From the human T2T-CHM13v2.0 reference genome, Homo sapiens: a stretch of DNA of 64,000 nucleotides. Every line of letters begins with the position of its first letter. Positions within the stretch are counted from its first letter, which is position 1. Made by a program: the position numbers and the translations under genes. This document shows, piece by piece, positions 55,214 to 64,000 of this stretch. The stretch spans positions 25,440,001-25,504,000 of the forward strand of contig CP068257.2 of NCBI GenBank assembly GCA_009914755.4. The letters are read 5' to 3'. The notes under the pieces are model-generated. The model saw nothing but the letters and a program-made list of their open reading frames with translations. It did not search any database and was not told the DNA's origin.

Positions 55214-58200
55214 AGATAAACGAATAAAAAATCTAGCCCCTAAACAGAGTGTTTCCAGCTTCAAAACTGAAAATTATCTCTAGGTGTTTCCTGAGACATT
55301 CAGAGACTGATTTCTGTTTTGTATTAGTTGCTTTTTTTTTCTTTCTTTTTACACAACATTAGGCTTGTCCTGCTGCGGTATAATGTTCTATATTTGTTAT
55401 TGTCTAATGAACTCTTTCTATCCTTAAGTTATTTTAAGTGCTCATCAAGCACCAACTAGTAAGAGCCTGAAGACCAGTCTGTGTAACAGACCATTTTTAA
55501 GTAGTGCCATAGCTGTCCTTGCTGCAAAAGCTCTCCTATCTCCAGTCACTATACGAAGACAAAGAAATAACAATACAGAAATTATCGCTGTATCAAATGC
55601 AGCTAAGTCAAATCCAGAGAGTTTAAATATACAAACAAATAACTGGATCTTTGTAATTGGTGCTGACAAGATATTTCAGCAAGCAGAGGAAGAATTCTAA
55701 AAATTTATAGTTTTTCGAAGTGAAATTTAAAGAATTTAACAGTTAATAAATTATTCTGCAAAATGAAAGGGATCTGCAATTGGGCATCAACTGTGTATTT
55801 CAGTAAAACTATAGGTTTATAAACACATTTTTAAAAATAAGCATACTTCTGGGGGTTTTCTCCTCTTCTTCCTCCTCACCTTCCAAAACATTAGGGCTTT
55901 TCTGCTATCTTCTTTTTTGCCTATTTTCGTATCTCACAGCTCACTTAGATGATGTAAACTTGCAACATAAAATCAGGAAGAATATGTGAGTAGCACTGAC
56001 TTCATTAAAATGTATTTGCCATGAAAATTACAGGTTAGAAATTGGAGAAATAAAGAGAGGATTATAATTTCCAACTTTATAGTCTTTTAGGAAAATGAGA
56101 ATGATTGCTTTTTCTTCAGTAGTGGTGTGTGCTAGCTGCTAAATTAAATTTAAATAAACTTAAATATTGCTAACACTGAAAATGTCTAAATAAAACTTTA
56201 TAATATTAATAAGTTAAAATAAATAGCGCACATCACTACATGAGGAAGAATACATTTATAGTAGCATCCTTCTAATATGCAAGATTAAACTGTCTGGTAG
56301 GTTAGACTATCCAATAATTTAATAACATTGTGTTTTTAGGTTTTAGATCATGAAAAGAGAGTTCGTGATCATGAAAATATAAATGGGTTAACCCATTTAT
56401 ACCTAGTGTTCCATTATTGGAACACTAAGCCTGTGGGAGTTATTTATATCCTACTGCTCAAGGTCATCACCAAGGTCTGATTGCAAAAATTTAAAAAATT
56501 GCAACCTCAGGCCTAAATGGGATAGCCAAGTGCCTTAAATTTGCCTTCAGCTAATGATGGGTTCATGGCAAGACCTTGCACTTGGGATGTTACTTTTGAA
56601 ATTAAAAAAATGTGATCAAGGAAAAAATATAAAAAGAAGACAAGAAAAACTTCTTTAAAAACATGATAACAATAAATAATCTGGATCAAAGTATGATTTA
56701 GATGAGAGGTTGTCTACTAAATCATCAGTGAACAAATATTCCATATTCAATTATACTTTTTATAGTATGTTGTTATTATTGTTGTACTTTTAGTAGTGAA
56801 TTATGCTTCAATAGTTTGAATAGTTGTATCCACAAAAATAATTACCAAGGTATATGCAAGAACTTATGTACAATTATATTCCTCATGGTATCATTTTAAC
56901 AAAATAGAAAAAGCTTTAAAGACTGCTTTCTAAAACTATTTGCATAAGAATTGGGTTAACAGTGTTGAAATTGAGTATTGTCCCAATTCTCTGAATAACC
57001 CGTATATCCTCTCTCTACCTCTATCTCTCATACACACACACGTTAAAACCACCTATAGCCAAAGACTGAGATGAATCTAAATCAAGTTTTTAATAAGAAT
57101 TAACTATGAATGATGAAATTACAAATAGTTGTTTCAATATTCTGAGATTTTCTGAAATGCTTTTTTTGCCTTCTGTGAATATGTATTCCTTTTGTAATCA
57201 GAAAAATATTTTTTAGATGTTTACTCCTTTAAGTCTTTGTTTTAATGGTGTCTTATAGTTTTTCCCTAGTATATTGCCTAAAATTGTGAATCCTCTTCCC
57301 AATCTACAGACTTTAAATTTCCCTTCTCTGCTTTATTTTTTTCAGTACTTAATACTATCTAACAAACATATTATACATTATATTTATTTATTGTATTTAT
57401 TGTTTGTTATCCCTTATATATATAAAATATATACAAATATAATGTATAATATATGTTATTAAGTACTGAAAAACATATATATATGTTTTGAAGGCCAGAA
57501 TTATTTCCTGTTTTATTCATTGGATATCCCTAACACCTAAAATGAGCCCTAGTATATAGCATGAGCTCAATAAGTATTTATTAGTTGAATAAAGGAATTA
57601 CTTTTCTATATATATATATCTCTCTGACATATGTATAATAATAAGCCTACTTCTTATGCTAAGCAATGGACATTGTAAAGGAATTAAGGTCTCATCCTCA
57701 TGAAGGAGAGATTAAAAATTCAATGTTTGCAGTGAAATTATCAAGATCAAATGAAATATTGAACATGTCTTTTCCTTGTGAATTTAATACCATCTAGAAA
57801 TGTCAATTCCTCTGATAAGGACTTTTATATTATAGCTTTTACTAATGTTGAGAACCGAGTATGTTCCCGTACCATGGTGTGAGGGTATTTAACTTTTGGA
57901 GAAAGGCAAAATACTCAGAGTAGAGAGAGCTGAGTGATCTTTGTGGAGAATACAAACATATTTTTGATGCTGTGGAAACTCAATTCTAAGAAAATTTGGC
58001 TTTCCAATGTTTGGACAATTCTTCAATTCCCAGTTATAATTGTATGGAGACTAAAAGGGTGGCAGCCTTGTAGCAGCTTCTACAAAGCCTGGCTGGTACC
58101 CCAGATACTGTTGAGTTCCATTTGAAACCTGGCAGGAAAATTAAACTCCAGTTCTTTCATCCCTTTCTCCTGCTGCTTGTTTGCTTTGGAGCTTTGAACC

Positions 58201-59635
58201 ACACTCCTTAATAAGTGTTAACAAGAACTTTGAAAAGGAACAAGTAGCAAAGAGAAAAACAACAAGAGTAAAGAAGAAAAGTAAAACAAAAAGGAGAAAC
58301 AGAATGGAAAGCAAAACAGAAAGGAGCAATTCCAAAATCTTTGAAGTGATTACACTTGATATGGTTGTATATGACAATCTGGTTCATTACCAAAACATGG
58401 AAATGGCATCCTCCAAAATTTTATCATTTCCTTTAAACTAAATTTCTCCAATGTGCAAGTTACTGAAAGTGAAGTCACATCATAACCAAATTGTAATAAA
58501 CCAGATTTAACTACTGAATAGTAGATTTATCCTGGTTGTTAGTATCATTGAAATGACTGGACTGCCAACATCATCATCTTTATTTTCTTAAAAACTAGAC
58601 TTGATGTTTGAATAACCTGATGTTAGTGATTAAAAAATTAAAAGCAGCAAAAAACTCAATTTGTTTTATGTGGATATCATTTGAATGAACAGTTACTAGA
58701 AAACACATGTCCTTAGTTTATTAAAATACTGCTTAGTATCCTAAATAATGATTTACTAAAAAGTTGTTACATGACCTTAAAGAGGGTAAACAATTATATA
58801 ACGAACTAAATTAATTCTAGTGCATAATTTGTGCGCCAGACACCAACAGTTAAAATAGGGCTAAAAAGATGATTTAAAAGTCATTTACTTCTAACTTTTT
58901 ATTTATTTATTTTTAATTGACATACAATAACTACATATTTATGAAGTACATAGTAAAGTCTTGATATGTATAATGTATAGTGATCAGATCACGGTAATTA
59001 GTATATCCATCATCTAAAACATTTATCATTTCTTTGTGTTGGGAATATTCAATATCTTCCTTCTAGCTATCTAAAACTATAATTAATGTTAACCATAGTC
59101 ATCTTACAGTGGTACAGCTCGTTAGAACATATTCCTCCTATCTACCTGTAATTTTGTATCCTTTGATATGTCTAATTGGTTAATCAATTAAAATAATATT
59201 TATTGATCATCTCCAAACACAATTCTAGAGCCTGGGATGTACATCAATCAACTGCTTAGTGGAAGAGTTTTACATAATACACAACCCTGAATCCAAGTGA
59301 GTCAGAAGAGCATTTATGTCTTGCTCATGGATCTGTGAGCTGTCTGTAGGTCTGCTGAGCTTCTCTGGGTTAGGTTGGGTTTGGATGGGTACAATTCAGG
59401 CACTGGGTATAATTCAGATCTGCTGTACCTGTTTATTACCCTAAGAACATGGCCCAAGAAACAGAGACTGCCTTGGACATGCTCTTTTCATGGAGGAAAG
59501 CCTGTATTTAAAAGTGGCACACTGTCATTTCTTCCCACATTCCATTCACCAGAACAAGTCTCAGAGCCCAAGCCAACATATGAGGAGCAGTAAAGTGTAC
59601 TCTTCCCGGGGGAAGGAGCAGGACATATTTGCTGA

Positions 59636-59927
<292 letters not shown>

Positions 59928-59955
59928 AATAATTTTTTTAAAAAAATCTATCAAG

Positions 59956-60043
59956 GGCCAGGCACGGTGGCCTGGGCAACAGAGCAAGACTCCGTCTCAA
60001 AAAAAAAAAAAAAAAAAAAAAAAACAAACAAACAAACAAAAAA
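59956..60043 (+). mobile_element. Internally deleted Alu (5' 15 nt joined to 3' 35 nt) with poly-A/(CAAA)n tail, sense; head-to-head with the preceding Alu
   Basis: gggccaggcacggtgg|cctgggcaacagagcaagactccgtctc(A)25(caaa)5. The whole Alu body between positions ~15 and ~250 is absent. Confidence 0.8.
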
Positions 60044-61561
60044 CTATCAAAAGTATAGTAATGAACGAAACAGAAAAATATACTTGCACTTGGGAGAGAA
60101 AAATAATAGTAAAATAATAAAATAAAAATGCATAGATGTATATTAGAACACAAAATTTTAAATAAAGTGCTGAGTATAGCACTCATTGAAAAGGTGAGCT
60201 TTGAGTAAAGACTTAATTGTAATGATGGATTTAGCTGTGAGAATATTAGTAAGAAAATTATTTCAGGGTGAAGGACTAATCTTTGCTAAAGACCTCAACT
60301 GAGGATGTGCCTAGCATGTCAGAGATAGAACAAGGAGCAACAGTGGCTGGAATGACCTGAACGACAAGTACTGGGTGAAGTCAGAGACGTAATGGAGAAA
60401 GGAGCCCGAGGCACCGATTATGAGTCCCTCAAGGACATAGTAAGGACTTTTTGACTTTCACTCTGAGTGAATTAGGAAGCCACTGAGGTAGAGAACTTAG
60501 GCTTAAAGATACATAATTTAGAATTATCAGTGCCTAAATGGCATTTAAACTCATGGGAGAAGACAAAATCACCAAGGAGCTAGTGTACATCATGAAAACT
60601 GAAGAAGACTAAGGACACGGTAGTAGTGTCCCCAATATTCACAAAAAATGATTGTCTTGTAGGATGTTCCCTTCACTCGTGCCTACTCAACAAGAATTAA
60701 AACATTGCAAATTCTAAGTGGTTTTCCCATCAATTCACTCTTCTAATTCAGGAAATGTCTGCCTAGCTGCACAATCTATCTATTATAGCGAATTAGCTCT
60801 TGTCCATTCTGATTAGTAGAACTGTGCTTATTGGCTCCTAAGCAACTTCAACCTCACCCTGATCTGGGCATTCCTATCAATGTCTATTGGGCCTCTCTTT
60901 TTATGGTACCAATATACAAAAAAGTGATAAGTATTTTTGGAAGAACAATAGATGCGTACTCTCTTTTTTAGAATTATTAATATTTTCTGAATGCTTTAAT
61001 TTTATAAGAGTAAAAGAGATTCTCCTTTTAGAATATGGCTTTTTATCTTAGGCAGATTTTGTAAAACACTCAAAATAATATTAGTTACTACCCATGAAAA
61101 TAACTAATATGTAGATTCAATTCTTCTATCTGCATTTTCTTTCACTATTTAAAATAAAACTTTTAACAGCTTTATTAGCTATGATTTTAAAATCATTCCT
61201 GTTTTAGCCTTAAGTGGTCAGCTTATCCAGTATACACTATTTAGGTACCTGAAGGCCTTAAACTGTCCCTTAATTTTCTTTTTTATGACAATATGTAATT
61301 ATGTAAGGGGAGATTCATTTCTGAGATGCCCCCTTATATTCTAGGTAAATTTACTCTTCATCAGTCCATGGAATCCCTCCTAAATTCATTAATTCTACAA
61401 AGCATGCCCCAAAGCTCATCTCTCTTGCTATTGTTATGAGCATAGTTTCCTCCTTTCAAGGTTTATATCATTTTTCATTTCATTAACCAGATAATTCTCT
61501 ATTTTTAATAATAATAAAGTAAAAAAATACTTTTTTTTTTTTTTCTGCTGACACCCGGCAC

Positions 61562-61567
61562 TTTATT
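61562..61567 (-). terminator. AATAAA polyadenylation signal of the retrocopied GPX1 transcript, ~18 nt upstream of the poly-A tail
   Basis: Plus-strand tttatt is the minus-strand aataaa, followed in mRNA sense by gtgccgggtgtcagcag(A)n. Confidence 0.85.
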
Positions 61568-61644
61568 AGTGGGGAAACTCGCCTTGGTTTGGCAGAGACT
61601 GGGATGGACAGGACCAGCGCCCATCTCGAGGGGGTATTTTCTGC

Positions 61645-61700
61645 AAGATCAGGTGTTCCTCCTTGCAGGTTTAGAGGAAACACCCTCATAGATGAAAACC
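61645..61700 (-). ncRNA. SECIS-like stem-loop retained in the 3'UTR of the GPX1 retropseudogene (non-functional context)
   Basis: The reverse complement reads ggttttcatctATGAgggtgtttcctctaaacctgcaaggaggaacaccTGATcttgcag. It has the AUGA…GA quartet architecture of the GPX1 SECIS, with a small deletion relative to my recollection of the parent (…cctacgagggagg…). Confidence 0.6.
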
Positions 61701-64000
61701 CCCCAGAGAGCAGCGCTGCAACTGCCAAGCAGTCGGGGTAGGAGGGGCGCCCTAGGCACATCTGGGCCCTTGAGACAGCAGGGCTTCGATGTCAGGCTCG
61801 ATGTCAATGGTCTGGAAGCGGCAGCTATACCTGCATACAGGCACACCGTCAGGGCCCACCAGGAACTTCTCAAAGAAGTTCCAGGCAACATCGTTGCGAC
61901 ACACCGGAGACCAGGTGATGAGCTTGGGGTCGGTCATGAGCTCAGTGGCGTCGTCGCTGGGGGCTGGCCGGCGTCCCGCAGAAAGGCGGAGAGAGGGTGC
62001 GCCCCCGCACCGTTCACCTCGCACTTCTCCAAGAGCATGAAGCTGGGCTCGAACCCACCACCAGGTTGGACGTACTTGAGGGAATTCAGAATCTCTTCGT
62101 TCTTGGCGTTCTCCTGATGCCCAGACTGGTTGCACGGGAAGCCAAGCACCACCAGGCCCCGGGGCCGAGGCGCCGCTGCGGCTCGTTCATCTGGGTGTAG
62201 TCCCGGACCGTGGTGCCTCCGAGGGACGCCACATTCTCGATAAGTAGTCCCTTGCCCCGCAGGGAGCCCAGGCTCACAGGCTCCCCGCCGGCCAGCGGGC
62301 GCGCGCGGAAAAGGCTTACACCGACTGGGCAGCCGCCGCCGCTAGCCCAGCAGCACACAGGGCGCAACTGTCCGAGAAGCTAGGGGAGCGCCCCGAACAA
62401 ACACTGTCAAAAAAAATACTTTGAATAACAAAAATAATAGTAATAGCATTTATTAAAATCTTGTTGTATCCTAGAATTATCCTAAGTGCTTTATGTTTAA
62501 CTCCATTAATCGTCACAAAGTATTTTCATTTTAGGAGTGAACTAATCACAGAGAGATGAGAAACTTTCTCATGGTTAATTAACTCAAATGAATTAGGTAA
62601 ACAACTAGTAGGTGGCCATTCTGAGATATCATTTTAGGCAACCCACTTTAGAGGGTGTACTCTTTACCATTAAGTAATTTTCTTTGGTGTTTCCACAATA
62701 TCCAGAGAGAGAAAGGTGCCACTAGATTGCTTAAACATTTACTGGATGCTCTCTTCATAGTCTAACACATTCCAGCATTCATTTAATCATCATCCATCCA
62801 TATTTATTCATCATCTACTAATGACAAACATAATTCGTGGTACTCGTGATTCAATGATGGGTTAAACAGAATTATCTTACCTTCTTGGAGATTACGCTTT
62901 ACATTTACAGTGGCTATTTAGAAGAGCGGTCACTGTTCTAAGTACTAGATATCTCGTTTAATCCTTACCAGCAAACTTACAAGGTAATAGATACAATTAT
63001 CTTCACTTACAGTGAAAAGAGCAATACTCGGCTATATGAAGCGCCTTGCTCAAAATTTCAGAGTTGCTCTATCATATGTCAGTTAATACATTTGATTTCA
63101 TTCAACATTCAGCTAATATTAATTGATCACATTTTGTTTTCAAGGCACAATTATAATCACCCTGTGCTACTACACAGTATTATGGTAGAATAGAAAGAGA
63201 TATTACTGAGTCTGCAGATCTGAGAGTACTTAACAATGAACCTGATGGGAGTTTAACAGGTGAATTTAATTCCAGCACAGAGGGGACAGTCCGCTAGAAG
63301 TATATTTAATTCAAAAAAAAAAAAAAAAAAAAGGCGGGGGAAACAGATGTAGTTGCATGAAAGAAAATAAAGTGTAATAAAAATAGTGTGGTTGGGGCAT
63401 AAGGTGACTTTGAGGTGACAGAAGGGTACAAGTAGATAAAGGTCAAAAGACAGTTTGACTGTGAGGCTATGATCCGGAATTTGGACTTGTCCTGTTAATA
63501 ACAGGTTCATCTCTGAATGCTTGAAAGCAGAGGCATTATCCCAGTATCTGTGGACTTAGCAAGATAGCTCTGACAGTGTTATCAAAAATTACAAAATTTT
63601 ATATGAGAATTCATAAAATGAAGTCTACGTCTCTTTAAAATATTAATTTGTGAGGGTTTTTTTGTGGGGGAGGTGTTCTCTCCTACTCTGAAAGTTCAAA
63701 AGTATTCTAATCTGTATCATAGCCTTGAATATATCAGTCAGTGCGACAGAACTGAGTATACGCGTTCAGGAATTTTTTGTAGTTACTCATTTATCCTGGT
63801 ATTTATAACACTCATTAAATTTGAACCCAGCTCTTTTTGCAAATTCTAGTAGCTATACAATCGTAAATACAAGCATGTGAGGTTCCAGTGGTGATTTGCT
63901 TTTCAAGACATTTGAAAACTGCTTTTTATTTTTTTAAATTTTACCATGGTACATTATACAGCAGTAACTAAACATAGATCTGAAACTGGCACACAGAGGA

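Larger units (their letters stand above)
61534..62408 (-). pseudogene. GPX1P: Processed (retrotransposed) pseudogene of GPX1, glutathione peroxidase 1. Full mRNA copy from 5'UTR through SECIS-containing 3'UTR, AATAAA and poly-A tail, flanked by 13-bp target-site duplications. Disabled by ATG to CTG, Sec-TGA to GGA and frameshifts
   Basis: Minus-strand track ORFs translate to GPX1: [50 protein letters not shown] (62086-62367), [52 protein letters not shown] (61934-62152), [70 protein letters not shown] (61752-62135). These lie in three different frames, which means indels. The reverse complement of 62353-62408 matches the GPX1 5'UTR (cagtgcttgttcggggcgctcc…ttgcgcc), and the ATG position reads CTG (62358-62360). 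The TAG stop is at 61752-61754. The 3'UTR is recognisable down to ccccactaataaagtgccgggtgtcagcag, then (A)11 (plus-strand poly-T 61534-61544). The direct repeat aaaaaaatacttt flanks the insert at 61521-61533 and 62409-62422. There are no introns, so this is a retrocopy. Confidence 0.95.

Noticed and set aside
61692-62117. 141-aa plus-strand ORF, and a 92-aa ORF at 61483-61761 (minus), overlapping the GC-rich block
   Set aside because: The plus-strand ORF is antisense to the GPX1 retrocopy and arises only because the copied mRNA is GC-rich. The minus-strand ORF runs through the 3'UTR/SECIS and poly-A. Neither corresponds to GPX1 reading frames.
61545-62410. Apparent CpG island (high GC, many CpG)
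   Set aside because: The GC/CpG richness is inherited from the GPX1 mRNA (5'UTR and first-exon CpG island of the parent gene) and is bounded exactly by the retrocopy ends. There is no evidence of an independent promoter island.

Overview
This window is primate (human-type) nuclear genomic DNA, not a prokaryotic or phage locus. It contains no CRISPR arrays, operons or defence cassettes, and I will not force that interpretation. It carries at least 15 Alu SINEs (several young AluY copies with intact target-site duplications), MIR fragments, an old L1 3' end, MaLR LTRs including one complete THE1 provirus-like element, Hsmar1-derived MADE1 MITEs and hAT-type MITEs. The rest is AT-rich unique sequence with microsatellites. 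The six-frame ORF track is therefore uninformative. Its longest ORFs (213, 175, 160 and 141 aa) sit inside THE1-internal sequence, a MITE, an Alu and the antisense of a pseudogene. I recognise no intact protein-coding exon. The one gene-derived feature is a processed (retrotransposed) pseudogene of GPX1 (glutathione peroxidase 1, a selenoprotein) on the minus strand at about 61.5-62.4 kb. It has a poly-A tail, an AATAAA signal, 13-bp target-site duplications and a retained SECIS-like 3'UTR. Its start codon is mutated (ATG to CTG), the selenocysteine TGA is changed to GGA, and it has several frameshifts. Other points worth a second look are a full-length THE1 element with a 5-bp CTGAG duplication, closely spaced inverted Alu pairs, a MADE1 palindrome carrying a miR-548-like arm, and an unexplained ~170-bp direct repeat pair 2.1 kb apart. 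All repeat calls come from my memory of consensus sequences. Family names for some older elements are approximate, and coordinates are good to within a few bases.
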